Shown here: piece after piece, positions 26,025-39,431 of the stretch
Layout of the letters: each line of letters begins with the position of its first letter
Position numbering within the stretch: the stretch's first letter is position 1
Source of the DNA: Eledone cirrhosa
Taxonomy: Eukaryota
Assembly: GCA_964016885.1 (NCBI GenBank)
Contig: OZ024740.1
Location: forward strand, 171,926,001-171,990,000
Direction of reading: 5' to 3'
DNA: 64,000 bases
Made by a program: the position numbers and the translations under genes
Notes under the pieces: model-generated
What the model saw: only the letters and a program-made list of their open reading frames with translations
Databases searched by the model: none
Told to the model about the DNA's origin: nothing

Positions 26025-28001
26025 TTGGTGCAGAGAAAACATCAAGACTGGTTTAATGAGAATGATGTACATATAGAAGACTTGTTGGCTGATAAGAGGC
26101 GTGCTCTGTCACGCTACTTGACGGCAAAACCACAGGAGAGGAATACGTTGCATGAGGAACTCAGGGATGTAAAATCACGTGTTAGGCGGAGTCTTTCTCA
26201 GATGAAGGATCAGTGGTGGAGTGAGAAGGCTGGTGAGATACAAACTGCGTCAGATTCCAATGACACAAAGCTGTTGTACAGTCTCTTGCGTGAGGTTTAT
26301 GGACCGTCTTCTTCTCTGGTGACACCGCTTCGCAGCAAAGATGGCAAAGAACTTCTTCGTGACTCACAAGGAATTCTACGAAGGTGGCGAGAGCACTTTG
26401 ATGATCTTTTGAATCAGCCGTCTGTCGTCAGTGAAGATTTCCTCAATCTCATTCCAGAAAGTCCTGTGAAAGTAGCTCTCGCAGAACCTCCCACGCTTGT
26501 GGAGGTTGCAGTGGCTATTTCGAAGCTCAACAGTGGAAGATCTCCAGGTATGGATGGCATACATGCTGAGCTCCTAAAATATGGTGGTGAGAGACTCCTG
26601 CAACATCTTCACTCTTTGTTTGGCAGGATATGGGCTAATGAATCCGTACCTGAGGACTGGAGAGATGCAGTAATGGTGGTCTTGTACAAGGGAAAGGGCA
26701 ACAGGAATGATTGTGGGAACTACAGAGGTATATCATTGCTGACACACATTGCAGATTTTTTTCTTCCTGAAAGTCAATCTGGTTTTCGTGCTGGACGCGG
26801 CACTACTGATATGATCTTCTCAGCTAGACAACTCCAGGAGAGGTGCATGGAACAAGGCTTGGATCTGTATCAGGTTTTTGTCGATCTGACAAAAGCTTTC
26901 GATACTGTTAACAGAGATGCATTATGGAAGGTTCTCCAGAAACTTGGTTGCCCTGATAAGTTCCTTGCTTTAGTTAGGTCTTTCCATGACGACATGAAGG
27001 CTTGGGTTAATGTCGGAGGTAACATGTCGGAGCCTATCTCAGTAAAAAATGGAGTGAAACAAGGGGATATTCCAGCACCGACCCTGTTTTCCATATACTT
27101 TGCAATGGTTTTCTGTATTGCATTCAGGAATTGCGAGCATGGTGTTTACATCCGATATCGAACCTCAGGCAGCATATTTAATATCAGGCGCTTTGCTGCG
27201 AAAACAAAAGTATTTACATCAATCATAAGAGACCTCTTGTATGCAGATGATTGCGATCTTGTAGCGCACACAGAGAGTGATATGCAGCACATTTTGAATG
27301 CATTTTCTGACGCTTGCACTGCCCTAGGATTGACTGTCAGTCTCAAGAAAACCGTCGTCATGTACCAACCTGCCCCTAGTAAGCAGTACACTGAACCAAA
27401 CATCTATGTGTATGGCAAACAACTTGGAGTGGTTGATCAGTTTGTCTACCTGGGAAGCACTGTCAATCGATACAGCAACCTTGACAGTGAAATCTCACTT
27501 AGGATTAGGAAAGCAAGTGACGCTTTCGGAAAGCTAGAAAGGCGACTCTGGGGTCGGCGAGACATATGCAGGAGGACAAAGGTAAAGGTGTACAGGGCAT
27601 GTGTGCTCTCTTCTCTTCTTTATGCCTGCGAGACCTGGGTCACATATCGACACCACCTTAAGCAATTGGAGCGTTTCCATCAGATGTGTCTCAGACGGAT
27701 CCATGGCGTTCACTGGAGGGACCACATCAGTGATGTCGAGATTTTGGAAAGCTCTATGTGTGACAGTATAGAAGCTCTTGTGCTTAAGCAACGACTCCGT
27801 TGGAGTGGTCACCTTGCCAGGATGAAGGATTCTAGAATACCAAAACAACTCTTTTATGGAGAGTTAGATAAGGGAAACCGACCGCCACATAAACCAAAAA
27901 AGAGGTATAAGGATTCCTTGAAAGCCTCTTTAATAAACGCTAACATCTCTGCTGATCGTAATAAATGGAGAAAGATTGTATATGGGGAGGGGAGCCTTTG
28001 A
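26025..28001 (+). pseudogene. RTE reverse transcriptase
   Basis: NYRGISLL, QSGFR, DLTKAFD, GVKQGD, LYADD, YLGS, RLRWSGH. Short in-frame deletion after GISLL. Confidence 0.9.
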
Positions 28002-28925
28002 GGCATCTCGAATCGCATACGAGAAAGTAAAGCGGGATGTGATGAAGGGCATTTCCAGACGGCGAGGGTCCTCCTATGGTGCTGACATGAAGCGTCTGTG
28101 CGAGACTCTGCCTAAGCAAAGCTGGACTCGAAAGTCATCTTCGCAGTCATAAAGTAAGACCAGTGGTTGACTACCAGGCTGCTGTTGGAGATGCTACTCA
28201 TCATGCTTGCCAAATATGTGGTAGAGAATATAAATCAGCAGGAGGGCTCAAGCGACACGCAAAAGTACACGAACTCCAACCACAGCCGGCTATTCCCAGT
28301 GAATGTTTTGGTTGCGAACTCTGTGCAAGACATTTTAGATCATTGGCTGGGCTAAAAAGCCACATTCGATCGAGCGCTGTTAGTTGCTATCGTGTGTGTG
28401 TGTGTATAGATATGTTTAAGTGTGTGCGCGTGTGTGTATATATATGTATATATGTATATTATTATTATTGTTATTGTCATTATTATTATTGTTGTTATTA
28501 TTATTATTATTATTATTGTTAATTATGTTTGTTTTTTTTTCGTGCAATGGCCATACTCGATAACGTGGGGGCAGCCATCATGTATGTATGTATGTATGTA
28601 TGTATGTATGTATGTATGTATGTATGTATGTATGTTCTTCTGGTTTTATAATTTCACAAAGTTTTACCAATAGAAAGAGTCGGTTTCTAACATAGACACA
28701 AGACTCTCTCATTGGAATTTACACAACATCAACTAGGTAGATATGTATGCATGCATGTGTAGATATGGATGTTATTGTATGTGTGGATGTGTATGTTTTG
28801 AGTTGTATGTGTGCATGTGTATATGCAGTTATTAGATGCAAAATTTTTGGAATGTTTTACATATTTTTACTGTTCCATTAATGGATTGTACTTGTGTGTG
28901 TGTATGTATGTATGTATGTATGTAT

Positions 28926-29533
28926 GTCAGGTCACCACTTGGTGCTACTGGTAACATGTATCCCAGTACAACCTGTCTCATGGTCGGGTCGTTGGCGACT
29001 AAACTGGCAACCCCACTAAGGTTTCTTGGTGAGGAGGGTGACTTTGGACATCCTGCAGGACTAAAAACAAAACCTGTCAAAGGGCAAAGGAGCTCTTAAG
29101 AGTCAATGGCCATCCAAAATCACCGGGAGAGATGACCCCTTAGCCTTTGTCAAGGCAGAATTCTAGGAGAAGGAAAACTCTGATATAACACCTGCAACCC
29201 TGATGGTATCCAATGATGTTGACTTGTTCTTCTTTTTGGTAAATATCATCTTGGTTAAGAGAGTGGGACTGGCTTTGTGCAGTGCCTTTGCTCACTATAA
29301 AAGCTTCACGGCACAGGCATTGCTTTGTATCTGGAGATCTCTCTGCACTTGTCATTACATGGTACCATGGGCCCAGCACTATGTGTCAATAATTGTCACA
29401 AGTGTAGTGTTTGTACCAGAGTTTTCAAGTTGCTGGCTGGACTAAAAAGTCACACTCGTTCAGCGTATCGGTAGGGGTTCTCCTACATGGTTATAAAGTA
29501 GTGGCCGTACTCGAAAACGAGTTGGCAGCCACC
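28926..29533 (+). mobile_element. ~610-bp bipartite non-autonomous RTE derivative, copy 1
   Basis: Near-identical to 44177-44784. 29136-29323 aligns with the RTE 5' UTR 24613-24819. The 3' end resembles the RTE end 28549-28580. (TATG)n on both sides. Confidence 0.8.
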
Positions 29534-29919
29534 ATGTATGTATGTATGTATGTATGTATGTATGTATGTACGTATGTATGTATGTATGTATGTATGTATG
29601 TATGTATGTATGTATGTATGTATGTACGTATGTACGTATGTATGTATGTAGCGTGATGTTAAGTTAACAAAACCTGTATATCGAACAAAAACATCCAATG
29701 ATTTTTGTCTTAATATGGCTAACTTCCTTTAAATGTCTAACCTGCAAACATTGATCTGGCGCTCATGTAAACGACTAAACACCGTCACAGTCCAATAACT
29801 GAAACTAGTGAAAGTCGAAATGTATATTTACGTCACTGCCTTGCTTGACTCCTCAACATTTAATGAAGCCGAGGAGATGTCATTGTGACATACTGGGTCT
29901 CTTGAGTATATTAAACCTA

Positions 29920-30200
29920 GTCGAAAGTCTGTCTCGAGCCCGGAGGCTCATCAAGCCAGTGCTTATCCCGGTTCACATGGCGTTAAGCGACTGAAAGTAC
30001 AACACTCCCCCTTGGACAGGACGCCAGTCCATCGCATGGTTACAATTCCAGCTATTGCTGGTACTCATTTTCAGTTCAGTATACTAAAGCAACATGAGAT
30101 GAAGTGTTTTGCTCAAGAACACAACATACAACCCAGTCCAGAAATTGAACCCACGACGTTATGGTTGTAGGTCCAACACCCTTACCGCTAGGCCACGAAC
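29920..30200 (-). mobile_element. tRNA-derived SINE (CORE/MESC-like)
   Basis: On the minus strand: A-box TGGCCTAGCGG, B-box GGTTCAATT, then TGTGTTCTTGAGCAAAACAC. Related to 39075-39345 and 9405-9490. Confidence 0.6.
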
Positions 30201-30505
30201 CTCCATATTAAACCTAGAAGAACCTATTACTTTCTATATCGAATTTTTCAACATCAAAGACAGAACGTGAGCAGAGAAGAATCAATCCCAATACTTGTCT
30301 GATACGTTGTTTATAGACCGTAAAGGATAAAAGGCAAAGGCGACATCAACGAGTTTTGAAATCACAATTACTGGAACGAATATCGAGAGAAACCCATTTT
30401 ATCTGACACTCTAACGACCCCGCCAATTACCGCCAACGCACTAACATACAAACACTGTTATGGTTACTTGGAAAGGAAAAGAAACAATCAAATTCTTTAA
30501 TAGAA

Positions 30506-31046
30506 GAATGTTTAAATATGTATTAATGTAATACATATTTGAATGTTTAAATATGTATTAATGTAATACATATTTGAATGTTTAAATATGTATTAATGTA
30601 ATACATATTTGAATGTTTAAATATGTATTAATGTAATACATATTTGAATGTTTAAATATGTATTAATGTAATACATATTTGAATGTTTAAATATGTATTA
30701 ATGTAATACATATTTGAATGTTTAAATATGTATTAATGTAATACATATTTGAATGTTTAAATATGTATTAATGTAATACATATTTGAATGTTTAAATATG
30801 TATTAATGTAATACATATTTGAATGTTTAAATATGTATTAATGTAATACATATTTGAATGTTTAAATATGTATTAATGTAATACATATTTGAATGTTTAA
30901 ATATGTATTAATGTAATACATATTTGAATGTTTAAATATGTATTAATGTAATACATATTTGAATGTTTAAATATGTATTAATGTAATACATATTTTAATG
31001 TTTAAATATGTATTAATGTAATACATATTTAAATGCTTAAATATGC
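30506..31046. repeat. 35-bp minisatellite, 15 units plus a partial unit
   Basis: Unit GAATGTTTAAATATGTATTAATGTAATACATATTT, essentially invariant. Confidence 0.95.
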
Positions 31047-32270
31047 ATTGGATTTCATAATAATGGACTAGACCTCCGTCGGTTACAACGATGAATGTTC
31101 CAGTTGTTCAATTAACGTGTAAGTGGTTGAGCATTCCACGTACACTTACACTCTTAACGTAATTCTCAGGGAGATTCAGCTTCACAAAATGTGTGACATT
31201 GTGGACGCTATGAAAGTATAGGTATAGTCTATAGACGGGTTTCGAAAGAATTTCTCTGTCTACCTAATTTCACTCACAAGGCATAGGTTGATCCAAGACA
31301 ATGGTAAATGACACTTGTCTAAAACCCACTCAGCGGGGTCGAATCTGGGATTTAATGATTGAAAAGCGAACTTCTTAATCATTCTGGAATGCTGCGTCCA
31401 ATATATAATAATTGTTTCTACTTTATGCACAAGGCCAGCAATGTTGGGAGAGGGGTAAGTCGATTAAATCTACCCCAGTGCATTAGTGGTGCTTTATCTT
31501 ATCGACCCCGTAAGGATGAAAGGCAAAGCTAGCCTCGGCTGGATTTGAACTCAGAACGTAAAGGGCCATAACTCTATGCTGCAAAGCATGGAGTCTGATA
31601 ATAATGGTTTGTAATTTAGTCACAAGAGCATGAATTTAAGGAGGTGAGGGGGTTGGGGTAAGTGGATTATAATACTTCACAAGTATTTTATTTATCGACT
31701 CCGAAAGAATGAAAGGCAAAGTTGACCCCGGTCGGATTTGAACTCAGACGCTGTATCTTTTCTGCCAATTCGTCACATGCATTAACATACACACATACAT
31801 ACATACATACATACATACATACATACATACATACATACATACACACTTTCTCTTACAACTACGAACCATCAATCAGGAAAGAAAGAGAAAGACAATCAAA
31901 TACTTTAATGCATTACACATTACACATTGCACAAGAATGTTCAATTATGTATTGGTTAAATATGCTTCAATAATAATAATAATACTGAAGATGATAGCAA
32001 CAACAATTGTGACATCAGCTTTAACAACAATACAGTGTGCTATTCATCTGGTAAGCAAAATTCTAATGAAATATTCAAAGTTAAATATAAAATGAGTCAC
32101 ATAAGGTGTTATTTATTTTCCCTGTTAGACTGGTTTTCATTTTTCTCACGGATATATGAATGTGCGTATGTGTGAGTGAGTGTCTGTGTGTGTACGTTTG
32201 TGTCGGCATAACTGTATCTATATTTAGACACCAGGGTGGATAAACAATGTTATGCGTGTATATATATGAT

Positions 32271-32334
<64 letters not shown>

Positions 32335-32419
32335 ATTAAAATACTAGAGTGCGTTGGAGTTAAACACACTCGTCGTATAAGAGAAATGACAGTAAAGGTA
32401 TAGCTCAATGTAATTCAAC

Positions 32420-34925
32420 AGAGCCGTAATAATAGAATCTCCACACTCTCTAAAGATATAGGAATCTTTAATTCACATGCTGAGTATTATAATAATGTCC
32501 TAGCCAACTCTGGTTACTCTGGTAGAATACATTATAAGGATGACAACCTTGGAATGACTCCGATTACCCATAATACGTGATATCCCATAATATGGCCTTG
32601 AATGGGAGAAGAAAATTTAGGAATCATAGAAATTTTATAGATATATCCAAACCGAACCCTATGTATAGCTACCGCAATAGTAATCGTAATAGTGAGTCTA
32701 ATGGTACACATTTTGAGATTAGTTCTAATAGACACGATAGGCGCTCTGAACGTTCACCCAGTGGTAATGTTTTAACGGCTTCTAATAGTGTTAATTCAAC
32801 TGGTCCTCATATTAACCCTGATCCTATTAATAGGATTCGAGATAGAAATAGAAATAGTAAAGGTAAGAATAGGAGGAGGCTCAATACTTACTTTAACCCG
32901 CCTTATAATCATGAAGTATTCACTAATATCCCTAGGTATTTCTTTTCTATTTTAGTGTCTATAATAAGAATGTAATTAAACTCTCCTTCTCTACCACCCC
33001 TAACATTAATTCTCATCTAGCTAGCACTAATAATAGGAACATTAGGGACAGCTACTGCTCTCTGCTTACCACTAATCTAGATAGCTCTAATAATAACTTA
33101 CCTCCCGAGCAGATCTTATCTTCTAATAACCCTAGGAATAATGCATCGCGTAATCAGCTAATCACTAGTACCCGGAAGTGTAACTGTAGAATAAGTAATA
33201 ACTGCCCTTTAAATGGTCATTGCCTATCTAGGAATATTGTTTATGCATGTGAAGTTAAGACTAATTCTTCTTGTAGCACATATATAGGCTCCACATCTAA
33301 TACTTTTAAAACTAGATTTAATTCACATGTTTCTAATTTTAAGCATATCAAGTTTAAGAACTCTACTTCTTTGGCACACCATATATGGGATTTAAAAGGG
33401 ACTGGTATACCATATAGCCTAAATTGGCGTATAGTAGCACAATCTAATCACCTTTCAACACACGCTAAATTCTGTAATCTTTGTATCTTTGAGACCCACT
33501 CTATAATTTTCTCTAGGAACTTATTACTTAATAGAAAATCTGAAATATGTTCGTCCTGTCCGCATGCTATTTCTAATTCCTTCTTCTATTATAGACCTAA
33601 AAACTCTGGTAGTTTAAACTGCATCCATTAGCTGCTATATTTCCTTATCTCTTTGGTTTTAGTTCATTATTATTACCATTATTAGTTTTCTACGGTTTTT
33701 CGTTTTTAGTTTTCATAGTCTTTTTAGCTATCTTACCCTATCTATCATCTTAACCATTATTACATTTTTACTCACCATTGTCGCCTTATAAGTTTCTATC
33801 TTTATTTTCATCCCTGGTTGGAGGGTATCTTATTGAATAGTTTAATTTTAGTCTCCTATATCTAAGGCTAATGAACCTCGTCCTTTCTACACCTAATATT
33901 CGTTTTATTGATTATATATAAATTTTTACTTTTATGCTCCTTCCTACCCTCCATAGTTTCACTTCTTTCTGTTCCCATTGGTCTACCATAGTTTTATTTA
34001 GAGTTTTTTTCTTTGCTAACGTTATTCGTCGGACGGATCGTAATATATCCTGATAGATCTCTTAGCCTTTTTATTGAAATATCTTGATTTTATTCGACTT
34101 TGATGACTTGGGTCCTGTTCCGTGTGAAGTGACCCATAATGTCTTTTAAACAATTTTAGTATTAATTAATTTAATAAGGTTTTTAATTCAATTCTTTGAT
34201 TTAGAATTGTAATATTTTATGAATTTGAACTGCCGATGCCTCTGTATATTATATATATTTATATATATTTTTTAACCATACTTTTATTTGATATTTTTTC
34301 TTACCCTGTGAAAACTTTATATACAATTTGTTGACCTTAAATGATACGTATGATGTAGTTTTATATATTTTTTAATATCAGTATATTATTCCATTGTTTT
34401 TGGTATTGTTTATGTACACCGTCAGGGTGGTTATTCTATTATAATGATTATTATATTATAAAGAGTATATTTATATTTAAATATTTAAATAAGTGTTAGT
34501 ATGTGTTTGTGTAAATGTATGGATATATATATATATATACATATATTAAGCTTTTTATTTCTTATTATCCATTATATTGTATTCTATATCATATTATAAT
34601 TCTTATAATTCTCACATTGTATTACCATGTTGTGTTTCATGTATTTGTCTTATACTGTACTTTCAACGTGGGTTTGACATATTACTCGCTCTCTAACCCT
34701 ATAGTCTATATTTGCAAATGCACACTTTTAGCTTTAGCATATCTTTCCATGTTGTCTTTCCTAAGTTTTCATAGATATAAATTCCCTGTTATTCTGAGTT
34801 TTGGCTTGTTATGGCCGTTAATGCTTCTTGTCTCTTTACTTGCTCTGATGAGTCCCTATTAATGGGACGAAACACTGTCAGCTAATAAAGACTTTTGATG
34901 TATTGAAGGCTTCTTTGTTTATTTT
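32420..34925 (+). mobile_element. 5'-truncated PLE of the same clade as 3808-6935, with a long AT-rich 3' region
   Basis: RISTLS...YYNNVLANSGY, YFNPPY, CNCR...CPLNGHCL...IVYAC...YIGST...FKTRFNSH, FCNLCIFE...LNRKSE. Terminal hammerhead. Confidence 0.85.
34834..34890 (+). ncRNA. Minimal type I hammerhead ribozyme
   Basis: Stem I CTTTACTTGCT/AGCTAATAAAG, CTGATGA (34845-34851), stem II GTCCC/GGGAC, GAAACACTGTC with a palindromic mini stem III and GUC triplet. Confidence 0.88.
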
Positions 34926-34989
<64 letters not shown>

Positions 34990-35524
34990 TTTCAACAATG
35001 TCAGTATTCCGTGTGTCAAAATTCTCGATTATCATTGGTTCATATGTTTCAAACGACTCCGCCCACCTCAACGACGCCAAACTTAAATTAATATGCATAA
35101 TGCCAATGAGGGAGTGAGAGGGGAGAGAGAGGCAAAGTGAACGCTGTGTTTGGATACACTATGTATATGTGTCAGTGTAGAGACATGTGTGTGTGTGTGT
35201 GATGTGTGTGGAAATAAGAGGGGAAGGAAAGCAATAACTATTAACATGTGTGCGTGTGTATGTACGTGCGCGTATGTTTATGTGTGTGTGCGTACGTGCA
35301 GCGTTCCACAGAAAGTAAAAACAATCAACGTGTGTGAGTGTGTGCGTGTGTAAGTTTGCGTGCGTGTGCACGTTTCCATGCGTGTATATGTGTGTACGTG
35401 CGGCATCCCACAATCGCCACGCAGTTTAGCTGTCTGTGTGCCTGCCAGTCTAACATACACAGAGTTGTGAAGGGAGTAAATAGGGACCTGTTTTTATATT
35501 GACGGACATCTTTTATATTAATTA

Positions 35525-35879
35525 TCTATATCTATATCTACATATAATATAAAAGATTGGAACTTCCATCATCCTTTTGAGAAACGTGGAACAACCACGT
35601 ATATGCAATGATACGCGTTTTACAGTCAGGCAGACGATGAACTATCTCCTAGAGGTCACTATTCTAAGTGGGAGCACCTAGAATTGTTTATTGTGCACAA
35701 ACGCTACAACGAAGAATCTGGTATATCTGGAAGATTTTTTTTTTACTGTTTTTGTATCACACAGACACCACGGGCTCGCCTCATACTGTAACAAGACAAA
35801 CATCCAATACAGTCATTTTCTCTTTTACCTGTCTTCTCTTATCATCTGTTTACCCGGGCGAAGCTGGGTACGTCAGCTA

Positions 35880-35880
<1 letters not shown>
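35525..35880 (+). mobile_element. Non-autonomous Helitron
   Basis: 5' A|TCTAT start. 3' hairpin ACCCGG-GCGAAG-CTGGGT followed by CAGCTAG|T. Confidence 0.7.
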
Positions 35881-35919
<39 letters not shown>

Positions 35920-36026
35920 CTTTTGAAAAGCATAAGAACTGTGAAACCGGTAAAGGAAATAAACAAATATTCTTAAAACGACTCCAGTTGCATTTTCGAT
36001 TTCTTTTCCTTATATCCTTATATTAT

Positions 36027-36115
<89 letters not shown>

Positions 36116-36153
36116 CATACATATATATATATACATACATATATATATATATG

Positions 36154-36444
36154 CAGTTGTCCCCCGGTGTTCGTTGGGATTACGTTCCTAGAGCACTTGC
36201 AAGAGTGAAAAACCGCAAATATTTGACGTGGCTCATAAAAATGCCTATAAACTTCAAAATAATGTAAGATATAGGCGTTAAAAAAGCGTGAAAAAATATA
36301 TATTGCCACGAAAAAAGCCATTAAAAAATCGCGGAAGATATTTACGCATCCGCGAATATGCAGTGATTTCCGCGATAAACTATTAATTAGGTTCTAAGGA
36401 AAATTCCGCGAATAAACGAGACTGCAAATGCCGGTGGTACACTG
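36154..36444. mobile_element. pogo/Tigger-like MITE
   Basis: Imperfect TIRs CAGTTGTCCCCCGG / CCGGTGGTACACTG in a (TA)n context. Confidence 0.5.
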
Positions 36445-37832
36445 TATATATATATATATATAAGATTGTTGATTACCTTAACTCGTAACAAAACACTCTG
36501 AAAGCCCCATAAGCCAAGCCCCGACTTGCATCCCCGATTTCGCAAACCACCGATGGACAGCACCAGCAACCAAACGGAGAAGACAGATGTCATCAAGCCG
36601 CAACTGTCATATTATGTACTTTCTGTATAATAAAAGTATTATTATTATTGGCAGTATCGGTAGAGCGTCGCTCAATATGTCTTGCAACATAGAGTTACGC
36701 CCAATTACAAGAGACACAACCGTCCAGACGTGACGCACACTCAGGACATTACTTATTCCTTGCTTGTTGTCGCCATCTTTGTCTGCCTTCTTACTTTTTT
36801 ATCTTTCCTAGGTTTTAAAGCAATATTATTTCAAACCTGGGCACATGTTTACTACCTCTTTGATAGTAGAGTGAAACGATTTAAAGAATCGTTATTTCAA
36901 TATTGGACATAACGTTGTATTATGTTCCTTCGAAAATACATTAAAGGGATTTGAAAATAGCGTAAAATGAATTGAAGAAACTTTGTTTCAATACCAGCTG
37001 TAGCGTTAATTATTATCTTAAAACCGGAGTGTTCGGTTAGAGCAAATACTTTGATGTCCAGCATCGGCATCCTTAGGATGGATGGGTACAATGGTTCTTA
37101 TCTGACTCTCACTTCTATTCTCGAGGCATTTTTTAGCTACAACCCCGCCAACCACTACTGCTGCCAGGCTAAAATGAATGAGGGTCTTAACGCTTTGAGA
37201 GGGGAAGGGTACCGCCGGTAGGCATTTCTAAAGCCTACTGAAATGCCTTGATGGAGACAAAATCAAATACCTGGAGTTACATCCCAACGACTGGCTCCAG
37301 CAATTTCGAGAATGTAAGATATATTGATTTATGTTCCCAAACAGGGACTATAAAACCGGTGTTCTAGGTGCCGGGGAGCTAAAAACAGAACTAGAAATAT
37401 TTGATGCCACCTGCCTCATTAAATAAACCTCACAGATCCATTCCATTGCATTATCTGGCAAAAAATGTTCAGGTACTTTCTTGGCATTTCACAAGGACTA
37501 GTCTATTTTCTGCATGAGGTGAACAAGCCATTTCATATATTTTGTATTGTTTACCCAACGACCATGACCATTAGCAGAGGCTTCCTGAGGGATGGTTTTT
37601 TCCTCAATTCCGAAACATTTTATGGGCCAGGTAGTGATGTTAAACAGGGCGATGGATTATGTCGACAAACCAAGAGGATTTAAGGTTCATTGGGATCTTA
37701 AAACTTCAACTTGGAACAGAGTTCGAAACAGTGGGGGGATATAAATATGTGCAATGGTGTGAATGTACTATGATTGCTGATACTTAGAAATTCAAAAGTG
37801 GGAAAAATCCAGCACCTTGGTGCAGCTACGTC

Positions 37833-37881
<49 letters not shown>

Positions 37882-38877
37882 TTTATGCTACAGGCTATGA
37901 AATGATGATCATTTCCTCTGACTCAACAACGTTTGATTCCTTCAGCATAGCCTTAACCTTTGTTTTCTTTAAATCACCAACAAAAGCAAATACTCTCTCT
38001 CACACACACACACACACACACTCTCACACCCACCCACCCCACACACACACTCATACACACACCGCACACACTCACACAAACACTCACACATACACACACA
38101 CACAACCACTCACACACACACACACACATAGATATGCACCTGGCAGTTCTTCTTAATATATTCTATTATACTCTATTAATCTACCTATCTCTATCTAAAA
38201 GTGTGTTTATGCACATATTTCTTTTATTTGCATATCTTATCTATTAATGCTATTTCGTCTATTTATAGACAAACTATAGAAGACGGGTCGAGTGCAATTG
38301 ACATATTTCTCCTGCATTTGACATATTCTCTCGTGCATCTCTGATTGGTCAAACGATTATCTCGACAATACATTATACTGATTAACCAATCATTTCATCA
38401 CGTTAGAAAGCAATGTCCGCTATTTCAAATATTTCCCAAGAAAACAATATATAAGATTTGTATTCTATTTTATTTGTTGTTGTTTTTTATATAGTTATGT
38501 GTGCGTGTGTCCGCGTGTGTTTATGTGTGTCATATTTTTATTTTTATTTTTATTTTTATTTTTATTTTTATTTTTATTATTTGTTTTTCTTGATCATTCG
38601 TTTTATTTTTTTATATTCCTCCTGTAAAGAAAGAGACACGAATTCAGAAAGAAACAGAGAAACAAACCATTTGTTTATTTATTTATTTGCAATGATTTAG
38701 AGAACGTCACATACTGAAACTTTCGATTACAGTTGCACCCTTTAAGTGTGTATGTGTGTGTGTGTGACCGAGTATGTTTGCGTGTGTGTCTGCGTGAAAG
38801 AGAGAGTAGAGTAGAGTAGAGGGAGGGGGAGAGAGTGAGAGAGAGAGAAAGAGAGAGAGAGAGAAAAGAGAGAGAAA

Positions 38878-38957
<80 letters not shown>

Positions 38958-39074
38958 TCCACTACTGATTAAGACACAGGTACAACGTCGTGAAATGAAA
39001 ATCGACCATTAAAAGTTGTGATCACACACACACACACACATATTATATATATATATATATATATAAATATAAAA

Positions 39075-39360
39075 CGGTGAAGTCGCATGGCTTAGTGGTA
39101 GAGCGTCGGGCTTACAATCCTGAGGTTGTGAGTTCGATTCTGGAACTGAGCTTTGCTTTGTGTTCTTGAGCAAAACCTGAAATAAAGTGTTTTTTTGTCG
39201 TTGCTCCAGTTCACTCAGCTGTAGAAATGGGTTAAGTAGCCCCACCAATCTGCAATTGGATAAGCGTGGTGAGTACGGTTACACCTCTGACAAATAAAAC
39301 GGTGGAAGTCAATTAGGGAGGGGTTCCTTCGGTAGGTGTGAAGGGCCCTGGATTGAATAA
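39075..39360 (+). mobile_element. tRNA-derived SINE
   Basis: A-box TGGCTTAGTGG, B-box GTTCGATTC, CORE-like TGTGTTCTTGAGCAA. Confidence 0.7.
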
Positions 39361-39431
39361 AAAAATATATATATATGAACATATATGTATATTTACTAGG
39401 TTTACACACGCGCGCACGCGTACACATATAT

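Larger units (their letters stand above)
24546..28634 (+). mobile_element. Near-full-length RTE-clade LINE
   Basis: 5' UTR, APE and RT ORFs split by frameshifts, C-terminal C2H2 fingers, 3' end GGCAGCCATC(ATGT)n. Confidence 0.92.

Noticed and set aside
30506-31046. CRISPR-like array (35-bp palindromic repeats)
   Set aside because: Repeats are contiguous with no spacers, there are no cas genes, and the context is eukaryotic.
36850-37800. Possible decayed ORF1 or RT fragment
   Set aside because: Only vague motif similarity with many stops. It cannot be assigned without a search.
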